This document shows, piece after piece, positions 1-13,369 of a stretch of DNA of 64,000 nt. Under the pieces are notes generated by a model, which was not told the DNA's origin, did no database searches, and saw nothing but the letters and a program-made list of their open reading frames with translations. The stretch spans positions 39,992,001-40,056,000 of the forward strand of contig NC_087447.1 of the NCBI RefSeq assembly GCF_036321535.1. The letters run 5' to 3'. Positions within the stretch are counted from its first letter, which is position 1. Every line of letters starts with the position of its first letter. Position numbers and translations under genes: made by a program. Source of the DNA: Camelus dromedarius (lineage: Eukaryota).

Positions 1-394
1 AATTCTAGTCCCATGTCTTGGCCTAGATTTCCTAACAAGGCTGAGATGCCTGTGATCCCTCTGTCACCATGCTTGAATGCCCCTGTCTGTGCCACTCTCT
101 GTAGCTGAATCAGATCCTCAGCCGTCCCTCTTGCCAGCCCATCTCCCTGACCATTTCACGTCAATCAATCCATAATGGCAAACACCTGAGTCCATCAAGA
201 TACAACACATCGTAAACTCAGGAAAATACCACCCCTCAGAGCCGGTACAGATTCATAAATACCAAAAAGGAAAAAAAAAAGTCCTTAACAAGTTGATATG
301 AACAGATGGTTGACTGCCGCTTGTGTGACCGTTGAGGGAAAGAGGAATTTAAGACCTCCTTCCAGTCCTTGCTGGGAGCAGTGGGATGGGATGC

Positions 395-640
395 TGGGGT
401 GCAGGGCACAGGCTTTGGAGTTTACCACCCGGACCCGAAGGCCGCTTATGCCATTTACTAGCTGTGTGACCACAGCAAATGGCTTCACTGGGCCTCAGTT
501 TTTTCCAACTGGGGATAATGATGGTTCACACCCCATAGGATTGGTAAGAAGATTAAATGATTTAAGACCTATAATGTGCTTAGAACAGTGCTTGGCACAT
601 AGTAGGCACTCAACAAATGTTAGCTGTTATTATCATCCTC
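395..640 (+). repeat. MIR SINE
   Basis: ttactagctgtgtgacc, gggcctcagtttt, gattaaatga, cttagaacagtgcttggcacatagtaggcactca. Confidence 0.88.
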
Positions 641-2029
641 ATCATCCACTAAGAACAAGTCTTGGGCTCAGGATCTGAGCCCACAGAACAGTCCTTACTT
701 CAAACAGAAGCAAAGATGCAGAGAAAAGATCCAGAGAGGAGGGCCAGGAAGCTATCTGTCACTAGAGAAGAGAACAGAGTCCCTTTAGTGGCAGGAAACC
801 AGACTGAAAGTCCAGAAACTTCCACCTCTAAGCCTCTCCGGCTGCCTGAGGCTCTGAGCGCCCTTCAGGGTCCTTCCTCCTGAAGGTCCAGTTCTCAGGC
901 GGTGTCCGCTCAGCCTGTGGCCTGCCCCGCCTGCTTTTTCAGACTTCTTGTCCACATGTGTCCTGAAAATAAACCATTTGAATAAGACTAGAGACCATTT
1001 GAATAAGACTCTTTGTCTCTTTGAAACGACAATCAACTAGCTGTGGCCTTTGCTTTCTAGACGAAAATGTGAGGAATCACTGAAGTGGGGTAAATTCACG
1101 GCCAAGCCAGGCTGCACCAGGCCTCTAGACTCCCAGCACAGTGCTCTCTCCAGCTGAACTTTCTCCTGGCTCGTGGAGTTGTCTGCAGGCCAGGCTGCTG
1201 CTGTTTCCAGTTTGCTTGCCTCAGACACTGAACACTTCCCCCACCTTTCAGGGCTTTGTGGCAACTATTGTGGCCAGGATTTTTCCTGCAGTTCTCTCCT
1301 TTTTTTAAATAAATACCAGAAACCAAAGGACGTGCGTGGTCTTCAGATACTTCTCCGCATGCTCTTCAGTTACTCCCATTCCTCCTGTTGCCTCGCCTGC
1401 TCCGGCTGTGCTCGCTTCATTGTTCCTGGAACCCCTCACGGGGAAGGCTGAAAGGGACTAAGAACTCAGCTCTGCAGTCATTTCCTTGGGTCTCTGAAAA
1501 GCCTCTCCTCCCTCTCTCTTAATTAGCAGCCTCACTTCCTCTCTGTCCTGCCTTTTCTCCTCTGCTGTTGCAAAATCCACTTTACCCCAGTCAGTAGACT
1601 CTCCCTTTTTCCCAGCCAGAATTTTTCAACTTCTCTGCTCACATTTCAACCCAATAATTCCTTCCCTAATGCACACCACCTTTTCCCCCTTTTAGATTGT
1701 CAAAGGCCCATCATTTCCCCATCTTCTTATTTTTTTATTCTTATTCCGACTTTCTGGCTCTCAGTCCTTTAGGATGCTTTCTTTTTTCTGCCTCATATAG
1801 TGTCTGCTAATATAGTGTTCTTGGGCTCTTTTCTCTCGATTTTGGGCTGGGGTCCAATCCCAAATTGCCTTCCCTTAGTTATAGTTTTATATCTTCTTTT
1901 TTTTATTAAGTCTCTCCGCACTATTCAACACCATGCAGAGCAGTGGCTTCTGTCTTCATGTCTTACTTTTCCAAACAAAATGAGTAGAATCGGTTTCTTC
2001 CCTCAACTGTAGATTACCCAAAAGAATTC

Positions 2030-3055
2030 CTTGTTTTGCTATGACACCAAAAGCAAAGGCAATAAATGTAAAAAATAAACTGAACTACATCAAATTTAAA
2101 ACTTCCGTGCATCAAAGGCTACAATCAACAGAGTGAAAAAGCAACTCACAGAACAGAAGAAAATATTGTAAATCATATATCTGATAAGGGGTTACTACAC
2201 AGAATATATTAAAAACTACAACTTAACAACAACAAAAAAAACTTGATTAAAAAATGGGCAAAGAATTTGAATAGACATTTCTCCAAAGATACACAAATGG
2301 CCAAAAAGCACACGAAAAGATGCTCTCGTCACTAATCAGGAGGGAAATGCACATCAAAACCACAATGAGATACCACCTCACACCCACTAGGATAGCTACT
2401 AAGAAAAAAATAAACAATACATCTTGGCAAGGATGCGGAGATACTGGAATCCTTGTGCAGTACTGGTAGGAACGTAAATTTGTACAGCCACTACGGAAAA
2501 CAGTATGGTGGTTCCTCGAAAAGTTAGAAACAGAATTACCATATGATCCAGCAAGTCTACTTTTGGTTATATGCCCAAAAGAATCGGAAGTGGGGACTCA
2601 AATAGATATATCTATGTTCATAATAGCATTATTCACAATAGCCAAACGTCCAGGGACTGACGAATGGATAAACAATGGAATATTATTCAGCCTTAAAAAG
2701 AAAGTAAATTCTGACACAGGCTACAACATAGACAAACCCTGAGAACATTACACAAAGTGAAATAAGCCAGTCACAAAAAGACACATACTGCCTGCTTCTA
2801 CTTATATGAGGTATAGAGTCCAATAAACAGGGACAGAAAGTAGAATGGTGGGTCTTGGGGGGGGGGGTGGTGATAGGGAGTCGCTGTTGGATGGGTGCAG
2901 AGTTTCAGCTTCGTCAGATGAAGAGTCCTGGAGATCAGCTGCATAGCAGTGTCAATGGACTTTACACTACTGACCTGCACACTTGAACATGCTTAAAAGG
3001 GTAAACCTTATGTTATGTGTATTTTACCATAGTTAAAAAAAAAAAAAGAAAAAAG
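2030..3055 (+). mobile_element. Old LINE-1 3' end (L1MA/L1MB type)
   Basis: atgacaccaaaagca..., aaaccacaatgagataccacctcacaccc, the ending tatgttatgtgtattttaccat, and polyA. Confidence 0.9.
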
Positions 3056-3084
3056 AACTTGGTCACAGCCTTATTACTTCACTC

Positions 3085-3500
3085 ATTCAAGTTAGTTATT
3101 AACTTGGGCAAGTTATTCAGTTTCTTTATGGTTCAATTTTCCAATGTGTAAATGAAATTACTACCTGCTTCAGAGGCCATTGTGAAGATTAAGTGAACTT
3201 CTAAATGCAAAGCATTTATAAAAGAGCCTGACACAAAGTATTGTTCAATAAATGTCAGTCATCACAGGAGTAATAATTATTATTACAGTGCACAAGGTAC
3301 TATTTGAAGCACTTTCCTATGTTATGGCATTTGGTCTTCAACCCCTGCCCCAATCTCCACCCCTCAAAAAGCTGAAATTTTACAGATGAGGAAACAGAGG
3401 CTCAGAGAGGTTAAGTGATCTGCCTGAATCACAAAGCCAGTGGGTGGTGGGTAAAGCTGAAATTTGGCTCCAGTGAGGTCCAGTTGCCTTACAGAAGTAA
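3085..3500. repeat. Two tail-to-tail MIRs (+ ~3085-3285, - ~3290-3500)
   Basis: ttgggcaagtta...cctgacacaaagta, then ttttacagatgaggaaacagaggctcagagaggttaagtga. Confidence 0.8.
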
Positions 3501-4469
3501 GCAGCCATCACTCTGGCTCCAGATCAAGTAAGAACCGACTCTCAAGTCTCAACCGTGAACTGGGGCGGGGGAGGCTATGGCAGGGCTGGCTGAGAAGCTG
3601 GGCTCTGCTCCAGGCCAGCAACCCACCAGCTAAAGAATCCCAACTGTCTTCGTCCTCCTCCCACAGCCATCCTGCCCCAGGGATGAGACCAGCTGGATCC
3701 AACAAAAAGAAACCAAGACAGGAGTGGGAAGTGGTCCCAGAGGTCCCCACCACCCCCGGGGCAGATGGGAGCGTGAGATGCGGAGGGACACCTCGGAAGC
3801 CTGTGGTGTTCCAGGGCACCCTCACCAAGCCCACACAGAGGCAACAAAACCCCTGTCACCCAGAAACTGGGAGCATCTCTCACGGAGAACAAAAGCCAGG
3901 GAGGGGCCCGCACCCCCACCTCAGACTCCCAATGGGCCCATGCTAATTTCTTTGGAGCATTTCTGAGAATAGGGCAGGAATTCAGTTCCTGACTTTCCTC
4001 AGGGCCCAAAGGGCTATGCCAGTAAGAACCTTCCAATGATCGGCAGTGTGGGGCTATCTTTCAAATCTGTGATTTCTTCCCCCTACCCAAGTCTTTTAAA
4101 ATCCCCAAGCTGGCCTTGGTCACTTGGCATTAGAACCTGGTACTGGTGAGCCTCCAACCCAGAGGAAAGGTACCACCCGGCCGGAGGTGCCCTGCTGCCT
4201 CTCCGCTCCGTGTTGCCCGGCTGGAAGGGCCTCTGTGGGCTCCAGCCGCCCGGCAAGACTCAGGTCAGGCGATGAGCAAGAAGGAAGGCCATAGGGCCCT
4301 TGAAACAAAAAAGACCCAGAAACAGGATTTTGACATCTGGGAAAGTCTTTCTTCCCTTCCCAACATTGGGAGGGGCTCTGTAATAACAAACTTAACTTGG
4401 GCCCTTCTCTGTGGGGAGAAAAGCTAAAATAAATCCTCTCTCAGAGTGAACACTCCTCCTACCAATTGT

Positions 4470-4950
4470 TTTTTATATTAGGAAGTAATATATATCCACA
4501 GTAGGAAATAAATTAGAAAATGCAGACAAGAAAATTAAAATTACTTCAAACCCTACCTTCCAGTTTTAATCACTTTTTACACTTCAGGTATACATTTCCA
4601 GATTTTGTTCAATGCAAATATAAATGTATATACATACATAAATATATATAAAAATGCTTTCTGCAAAGTTTTCAATTAACATACTGTGAAAATCACTCCA
4701 GGTCAATAATAGAGAACTGCACTGTATTTTAATGACGTTATAATGTATTATATATGTACATATACATACACCATAATTTATTTAATGTCTCTTCTTATTA
4801 GATATATAGTTTATTTCAAGGTTTTCACAAGTCTGAACAATGCTGTTAACCACCTAGGGTTCAGACCCTTGTCCAATTACTTCTTAAGACTAAACTCCTG
4901 AAGGTGGAACCGTTGGATCAGAATATTTTTAATAATATGCATAAATCTCC
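4470..4950 (-). mobile_element. Ancient L1ME-like remnant
   Basis: AT-rich degenerate sequence with ataccataatttatttaa and tagtttatttcaaggtttt motifs. Confidence 0.6.
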
Positions 4951-5234
4951 CTAATCAGTCTATTTCATTGATATACAAGGTTCCTTAAAGTGAGAGACCT
5001 CCGCACTGTGCTTATAATCTGAACCAGCCCTCAATTTTCTCACAGTTCTCCATTATAAGTAGTTCCAAAATGAAACTCCTTAAACCCCTTGTCTGTGAGC
5101 TCATAAATGGCTCAGTGGCATTTAAAAGATACACAATTTTTTTGACGTTAGTTATCCACTAAACAGAGACCCACGTGACATGTACTAGGATACTTGCCAC
5201 GCAAAATGAGACTGAACTACCCACCTTCTGATTG

Positions 5235-5385
5235 CCCCCATCCTCTGCCCCTCCATCTCTGTTCTTCCTCCCTCCATCCTCCTTCCTCTCCTTTTTCTTT
5301 TCAAATCGCTTCCCTTCTTTCCTTTCCATCACCACCCTTGTCTTTCTCCCTTTTTTTCCTTCTTTCCTCATCTCCTCTTCCTTCC
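5235..5385. repeat. CT-rich low-complexity tract
   Basis: About 150 bp that are nearly all pyrimidine. Confidence 0.8.
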
Positions 5386-7178
5386 TGAAGCAGTAGGGAC
5401 CCTTCACCAAAGCAGACAGTGATGCAGTCGGGCGAAGGTTCCAGCTGCACAGAGAGCTGTAGAAGCTGCCTGTGAAATCTTCAGTTTTTGGTATTCATTA
5501 TTTAAGTTCTGTGGAAATGGGTTTGCTTTGAAGTCTACTGACTCATCCTCATCCTTAACTTCTTATTTCCTGTAAATGATCCATTAGTTTTTGGCAGGGT
5601 TCACGTCACACAGCATTCCCATCAGAAGGGGCTGTTCCACAACCCTGGACAGTGTTAACACTGCCTTGTGCAGTGGAACTGGAAGCAAGATGGGGACGTG
5701 TAGACGCCGCTTTCTTAAAAGTTGCTTCAAGGGGCTGTAATGCTGCCTCAAATTAATAATGTGAAACACATGCTCCATCTGCCTGCTAAAGGGTGACAAA
5801 GCCATTTATGTTCATAATGGCCAAAATTATTCTACAGATGAAAAGTTTTCTAAAGCTGGTCACATAGGCTAGTCAATCAGTTCCACCAAGGGGGAAAAAT
5901 GCCCCCTCAATCATTCCACTTAAGACCTCTTTGCCAAAACAGCCAGTTCACCGTGGCCTTAAGATGTTGAAAGGGGAAACAAATGGAGATTATAAACAGT
6001 TCTCATAAGTTTTCCAACTTTCTGCCCCTAATAAGGCATGCATAGATTAGCGCCGACAGCTTAGTGGGAAAGGTCATGCGCCTTTTCACGAAGACCCAGG
6101 GAGCCATGCAGGACTCTTGTGGACTCCAGAAACTAAACAAATGGGTTACAAAGAAAAAAAAAAAACAGTTCTTCTTTAAGAAAAAAATCAAATTGGGCTG
6201 AAAAAGTACTATTATCAGCAAAACGCTAAATCTCTCCCTCTCAAGGCCCGCTGGTGGGGACACAAAGATATTCCTTTGATATCAGAGCAAATAAAAGTTT
6301 GAATTATTGACGACTCATGTTAATACTGAACTTTTTACTACCACCATATTTCAAAATGAAATTATGCTAACATCTCTGCCTCAAATTAAGATTGGCGATA
6401 ATATATACCACAGTCCAGAAAATGTCTTAGGTTCAGATGATGTCAAGGCTGATTCCCCTGGAGAGCAAACACTGGCCATTGTTTCTCATCGGCTAAAACT
6501 TTCCTCAGCCCTCCAAATAAATTTAAGTACTGATGACATCAGAGAGTGCTGCCTGGTTATCAAAGCACATCTGGGGGTGGGGGTGGGGGTGGGAAGGGCA
6601 AGATAATGCCACTTAATAGTCACAGTGGTTGAGATGTCTTAAATGCAGGGTTGTCAGAATAGGGCTTTCTCCTATAATTTACAGAAATGAAAGCCCTATG
6701 AGAAAGCTCAGCGTATCACACATGAAACTCGACTCTTTCCACTCTGCCATGTTGGACTCTTAGTTTCAAGTTTCTCATTCCATCTTTGCTCCCATGGGCC
6801 CTACAATGTCTTTTGGGGGTATTCTCAGATGTCTGGTGCCCAAATGCCCGTCTGCAAGTACAGCCAGCAGCTCACCTGTCAAGGGTAAACTCTCTCCCCA
6901 AGTCCTGAAGTCCTTGGTGCTCCGTACACCACTTATCCAGGAGGTTGGAGTTGGGGACATGGGTGAAAAGCAAAGAGCTAAGCCACCCTGCCAGTGCCCA
7001 GGTGGGTCCCTGCATCCAGCCTCATGTTCTGAAAAGATCATGGCCCTTCAATCTGCAGTATTAGTTCCTCTGACACAATGGGAAGATGCCTTCTCTTCCC
7101 AAAAATCTCCACGAGGCAAAGCTTCACTGAGTTCCACCAGGCCCATTCATGAGAGGTTCGTTAACAGACATCAAAGTT

Positions 7179-7305
7179 GGGGAGGGTATAGCTCAGTGGT
7201 CGAGTGCCTGTTCAGCATACACAAGGTCCTGGGTTCAATCCCCCGTACCTCCATTAAATAAATAAACCTACTTGCTTCCTCCCTTGAAAAAAAAAAAAAA
7301 AAAAA
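7179..7305 (+). mobile_element. tRNA-Ala-derived SINE (camelid Vic-1-like), full length
   Basis: GGGGAGGGTATAGCTCAGTGG (A box) and GGTTCAATCC (B box), then the ACCTCCATTAAATAAATAAACCTA tail and polyA. Degenerate TSD aacagacatcaaag (7163-7176) / aacaggcttcaagg (7307-7320). Confidence 0.9.
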
Positions 7306-8884
7306 GAACAGGCTTCAAGGGCCAGCCACACCCCACAGAATGCCTCTCCCACCCTGCAGACGGGGTCACTGGCCGAACGACATTAGGAATCTAATTCCAC
7401 TTTTTCAGTTACTTTCCACAATTCCTCTCACTTCCTATGAAAACAAGATCAAATGTTTGTAAGGACTCACTTGAATATATTTTCACTTTCCAAGCACAAA
7501 CTAGGGGACTAAAAAACAAAAAAACAAAAAGAAAGAAAGAAACTCTCAGCAGCCACAGACAAGAATGCCTTTCTTCCTTCCCTGCCAAATCCAAGCATTA
7601 TGCACACAGAAAGAACAGGATGCAATAAAAACATCTCCAAATGCTTTCTGATACATTCTCTCATTTAATCTTGCGACTCTTTAATGCTCACATTTTAATT
7701 GCAGCTTTAGAGCCTTAAATTCCTCCAGAGGGGCTGAAATACAAAAGAATTTGAAGCATTATTTCGTACTAACTGGATGCAACAGAGAAGGAGTTTCAGG
7801 CCTCCTGAAAGAAAAATCTACGCTCTAAACCACTCAAACCTCTCAGAGTCTGCACGAAACACAGCAAACTCAGCCTGTTGAGTTGAGGGAAGTAGGCTGC
7901 TGTAAAATCTAAGTAATTCCTGGCTGGCATCGTTAGCTTTTTTGTGTCTTAGTTTTAAAAGTAGGGTGTAATTACCTCTTATTTACTAGAGTCCTAAACA
8001 CTGCCCAAGGGAATATAAACCACTTCTTTTGAGATGAAGTTGCTGACAAAGGTTTGACAAAGAAAAATAATTAATAGCTCCCTGCTGGCCTGGGCTGAGT
8101 CCTGGAGTGCGGGGCGGTGGACGTGCTGTGGACACGCAAAGGGCACGGCGCACACCCGGTCCTGAGAACCTTGGCGGCTTCTAAAGGGACTTAGGCTATC
8201 GTGTGGGATGAAAGTCCAAGAGGTTTTTGCACATGATCCTTTAGTCATGGTTTTGTGCAGAAATGGCACTGCTCTCCAGTTGCAAACTCTCTCCTGTTTA
8301 AGAAAGCCGTGGATGGACGATTAATGGCTTTCAGCTGGGGCTTGAGTGTTCTCCAAGTTTGGTTCTGGGCTCTAGCGTTCAGTATTTTCATTCTCAGAAA
8401 TCCTGGTGAGAGAGCCTTTGGGACAGGGAGCCGCCAGTGCCAGTCTCCTGGAGCCTGTCCGATGGGCACCTAACTCGACCACAATCGCATTTGAGGAGCC
8501 AAACAGGAGATGGATGTGGGAGGATCACGTGCAGCTGGGTCAAAACCCTTAAGGAGGAGGAGTCCGCCTCTTAAAACGTGTGAGTTTAGAGGTTCCAACT
8601 TAACTTTGCTCTTAAAGTTAAACTATAAAAGTCTTCTGAATACAAACAGCATTAAATTCTAGCAGATATCCCTCTGTATTTTTATTTTCACTTGTCTATC
8701 ATGACTGCCAGGAAGCTCATGGCCCCAGAGCTGTAAGGTACTATCATTCTTTTTATTATTATTATTAATGATGCATTTACTTATAACACCTACACATTTC
8801 TGTCTCATGTGATAATCCCTTCCCACTCAACTGGGGCACAGACATGTTTCATGACTGGCAACTATTTCAGGTCCTTTTGGGGTG

Positions 8885-9150
8885 TGTCTGGGTGACCGAC
8901 TGGACTTTAGGTCTTGAAGCCAGACAGAATTTGATTTCCAGCCTTGACAGACCACTTAATGTGCCTGCGCCTCAGTTTCCTCATCTGTGAAATGGAACTC
9001 ACATTGTTGTAGCAGAACGGGCAGGGATTACGCTGCTCTAATTCCCTTTGGATGCCCAAGGGCAAATGTCTGGCATGGGCAGACATCTCCACCCCAATGA
9101 CTAGCATGGAGTAGGCACCCAACACACGAGAGCTGTTGTTACTCTTACTG
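8885..9150 (+). repeat. MIR SINE
   Basis: gcctcagtttcctcatctgtgaaatgg core. Confidence 0.75.
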
Positions 9151-9894
9151 CTGTTCATACTGTCAGCCACAAGAACAAAATAGTAGATGTTACTGACCTC
9201 ACAGAGCAATTTCTAATTCAAGCTTCATTACCTCAAATTAAGTCAGCTATTTTTGCCCCCCCCCCCCCCCCACAGAATTCAAACAAAGCCCTGAGATATT
9301 GGCTCCAACTCCTCAGTGATAATCTTGGCTTTAGGAATATTCATTAGGCGTTTCCGATCCAGGGGAACTATTAACGCTGTAGTGGAAGCAGAAATTGGGA
9401 AATCTGAATTAACTGAAGGTCTGTTGGCGGCTGTAACGAGATCACTTGCTCCTGCAAATACTATTTCTTGGCTATCGGTATCTTTTGTCCTGATTTCTGC
9501 ATGCAGAGACCTCTGGGGAAAAAAGACTGTCCAGGGCCCACACATGTTTTCAGAACAGGCTGGTACATCCTGTCCTTGCTACAGGGCCTGGCACATCAGT
9601 AGCAAAACAGAGCTCTCTTTGGACACACTTTGTGACTTCTGCAGGACCCAAGACTTGCTGAAGCCACCACTGAATCTTCCTCTCGGGCTGGGTGGTGAAC
9701 TGCTTCCTGGAGCCCCCTGGTGGCCCTTTTTGTGTTCATACACCCCTTTGGGGCAGGGAGAAAGCAGCCTTAAATGAGACACCCAAGGGTTGGTCACTGG
9801 CATCGATCATCCACTGGGACACCCCACATTCCTAGGATCAAGGCAACGTGCTGTATGAAGGCTGCTATGGACACAGAGCCTCTCTCCAATGTCA

Positions 9895-10350
9895 GAGTCA
9901 TTCACTAAGCATCTCTTGAGCACCTACTGCATGCCAGGCCTCACAATGGGCATGAAGAATAGAGAGGAGCTCGACTCAGTCCCAGCCTAGAGAAGAGGCA
10001 GACCCATGAACCAAGAAGGACAATACAAAGAGACGTGCCAAGTTTTAAGGGAACCTCGGGGACAGTGCCAGCCTCCTTAGGGAAAGAAGGAAAGATACCA
10101 GGGAGGAGGCAAAAGTTAAACTGGACCTTAGAGGCCAGGAATTAGCCAGGCAGAGTCGGGAAGACAGGCATTCCAAGCAGAAGAAACGATATGCCCGAAA
10201 GCTCAGACCTACTGGGGGACTGTGGCAAAGCCAGGGGCCTCCCAGCAGGGAGAGGAGGCTGGTGAAGCGGGCAGGGCAGACTGAGAAGGACCCTGCAGGC
10301 CACACCGGGGAGCCTGGACTCCACTTCTCCATCCATGATTTTCCAAACTG
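9895..10350 (-). mobile_element. L2 3' fragment
   Basis: tcattcactaagcatctcttgagcacctactgcatgccaggc; ggcattccaagcagaagaaac. Confidence 0.8.
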
Positions 10351-10469
10351 TGCTTGAGGCTTCCCACAGACATTTGATTCTAATTTCATGGATGCTGAAG
10401 CTAAGAGAATGCTGTAGTAGCCATCCACGATCCACTGACTGCAAATTCCTGTGTTCAACTCCAGTCTAA

Positions 10470-10862
10470 CCAGGAGAAAAACAGACAAATTCCGACAGAG
10501 GGGCAGACTACAAAACATCTACAGAATACCAATACTCCCAAAAACCGTCATCGAAAACAAGGAAAGCCAGAGAGTTGTCACAGCCAAGAGGCGCCTGAGA
10601 AAATGTGACAATTAAATGTATCCTGGATGGAATCCTGGGACAGAAAAAGGACATTCTTAGGTAAAAAACTAAGGAAATAAAGTACAGACCCTAGTTAATG
10701 GTTATATATTGATACTGGTTCAGTAACTGTAACAAATGTGTCATACAAATGTCAGCTGTGGGAAACTACGTACAGAGCATACGGGAGTTCTCTGTATTCT
10801 ACTCACAATTTTTCAGTAAATCTGAAACTGTTAAAAAAAAAATAAAATATATTTTTTAAAAA
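10470..10862 (+). mobile_element. LINE-1 3' UTR fragment (L1MC/MD type)
   Basis: atcctggatggaatcctgggacagaaaaaggacatt ... taaatctgaaactgtt followed by an A-rich tail. Confidence 0.8.
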
Positions 10863-10954
10863 ATTCTGTGTTCATTCAAACAGCCAAACTATTATCCCTG
10901 GTGTACTGTATGGTGGTAAATGTGGTAAATGAGAACTTAAGAAATTAATTCATA

Positions 10955-11205
10955 CTCTAGTAACAATAGCCAACATTTATTGAGTATCTATGCGGGCCAG
11001 GCACTCTGCTAAGTACTCTACATACCTCATCATGTTTGATCTCCAAAACAGCCCTGGAAACAGGAGCTATCAACAGCCCCATTTTACAGATGAGGAAATG
11101 GAGGCTCACAGCAGTTAGACAACTTGCCTAAGGTTACAAAAGTGGCAGAGTCTGGATCTGAACCCAGGTCTGTCTGATGCTAGAGGCCAGATGCTTAATG
11201 ATAAC
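10955..11205 (-). repeat. MIR SINE
   Basis: aacatttattgagtatcta...ccaggcactctgctaag...cccattttacagatgaggaaa...gaacccaggtctgtctga. Confidence 0.88.
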
Positions 11206-12244
11206 TTTATACTTTATTGCCTCCTGACTTTCAGTTTTATGTACTAATACTTCATTGAAAAAGGAATGTACTGATTTTATTTTTCTTTTCAACATTCGCA
11301 ACAACAGCTGTAGATGGGGTGAGCAGAAGGAGCGGTTTCTCTCGGGGAGGAGGGACTAGGTCAGAGCTGGTGTTGGAGCGAATGTTCTGGCAGCCGCAGT
11401 GTTAAGGATGGACGGGTGCAGGCTGGGCCCCTGTTGCTGAGATCTTCTAGCAATGTCTCCAAAAGGAGGAGGAGAGGCAACCAGAGAGAATGAACTTCCC
11501 TTAAAAGGATAAAGCAAAAGCCCTCGCCTAGGAACTGTTCATATCCAGCCCCGACCAATCAAACCACAGGCATTGCTGAGCCCCTAACTTGTGCATGGCC
11601 AGGCCTGCCTCCAGGAGCCCGTCTGCCACCTCCACAGACAGGACCCAACGGTTAGGAAAGGGAAAATGAGTGCAGCCCGAGTGATGGTGCAGGCTGGCCC
11701 AGGGCCCCACCAGGGGAAGGGCCGGGTCTGGGAGGGAGTGCTTCCTGTGGGCTGGGGTGGGCATGGGTGCTTCACGGAGGAGGCCTGCAGGTTGGTCCCT
11801 GCAGACAGGGAAAGGCAGATGGAGGGACTTCAGGCAGCGCCCAAGCCCAGCACTGGGCAATCCCACCCCTCCCTGCAGTCCCTGTGCCTGGGTCCCCCAG
11901 CTCAAGGGTACTGGAGCTGCGAGCCCAACCTCTTACCATGAGCTCTGTAGCCTCTCCTGCCCTCCCACATCAATGAAAAGCAGGCCTCATTTCACCCGTG
12001 TCCTTGAGGGGCTACTGTGTGCCACCTAGAGGCACATATGGAATCTGGTACCCCTGGAGGCCATGGAAAACACAAGTGTCCTGGACTGTCAAGTCCCCAA
12101 AGGCACAGATGCCACCTTACACAGCATGGCATGTGTAGGCACCAATCAATAGACGGTAAACTAAACAGAGACTTAAAAATGGATGGGTCATAGGTCACAC
12201 TGGAGTGTACTAAGTTGGCGTTTGTGGACTATTTAGTGCAGAAT

Positions 12245-12716
12245 CCTTACTACATACTTAGTGGCTTAAAACAACACAAACGTATTATCTCACAGTTCTG
12301 GTGATCAGAAGTTGAAATGGGTTTTCATCAGGCTAAAATCAAAATGTTGGCAGGGTTGCCTTCCCTTCTGGAGGCTCTAGGGGAGAATCCACTTCCTTGA
12401 CTTCCAGTTCTGTGGCCACCTGCATTCCTTGGGTCGTGGCCCCTTCCTCCATCTTCAAAGCCAGTAACGCCGTGTCTCTCTGACCTTCCTCCAAGTCAGG
12501 TCTCCCTCGTACACTCCCTTCTGCCTCCCTCTTCCACTTTAAAGGAAGCTTGTGATTACACTGTACGCACCTGGTTGATCCCTACTTTAAGATCGGCTAA
12601 CAACCTTAATTCCATTGGCAGCCTTAATTCTTCTTTGCCACGTAAGGTAACATAGTTACCAATTCCAAGGACTAGGACATGGACATTTTGGGGGTGCCAT
12701 TATTCAGCCTACAGCA
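12245..12716 (-). mobile_element. MaLR solo LTR (MLT1D-like)
   Basis: gtggcttaaaacaacacaaa...tctcacagttctg...tctggaggctctaggggagaatcc...gccattattc. Confidence 0.88.
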
Positions 12717-12889
12717 AACTTCATCTTTTAAGGTCAGACTATAGGAGATAATCATATTCCTTCTCTAAAATGTAAAAATATTAATTACCACTATCAGGCA
12801 CCTACTGTGTAACCAGGCACACCACTAGGTACCTTGCATACATTCTCTTATTTAGTTGCAGTTAATGGTCAGAGGCAGGCAGTGTTAAT

Positions 12890-13265
12890 AAACCAGATAG
12901 TGCTGTTCACCGGCTAAAATCCTCTATTGATGTTCCTTATGTTTTGGGGGAAAATTCAGTCTTCTGATGGCCCTGTGAGGTCCCGTGGAATTAGCCTTGG
13001 CACAACTCCCAGTCCCATCTCCCACTAGCCTCCCCTCGACCTCCATGCTTCAGCCATGTGGTCCTCCTTTCGGTTCCTCGAACTTTTGTGGCTGCACCTG
13101 CTAACCCTTCTTTCTGGAACATTCATCCCCAAGATTTTCACAGAGCTGGCCCTCCCTCATTATTCAGATCTCTCTCCTATTTACCGCTCCATCCCCAACT
13201 CCTAAAATAGGACTGAGCACATAGTAGGCACTCAATACCTATTTCTAAATAAACAAACCTGAATT
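12890..13265 (+). mobile_element. L2 3' fragment
   Basis: ccatgcttcagccatgtggtctcctttcggttcctcgaac ... gcacatagtaggcactcaata. Confidence 0.75.
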
Positions 13266-13369
13266 ATAGAAGTAAGGAAATGATATGATATGGCCAAGTT
13301 CACAGAGCTAGTCATCTGGGATTCCAACTCAGGGCGTACGCTACACCCCAGCCTTTCCAGGAGCCAACC

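Noticed and set aside
7179..7255. tRNA-Ala gene (also at 23406, 37360 and 44581)
   Set aside because: The stems and anticodon region are mutated, and the copies carry SINE tails or A-rich ends plus TSDs. They are retroposed SINEs, not tRNA genes.
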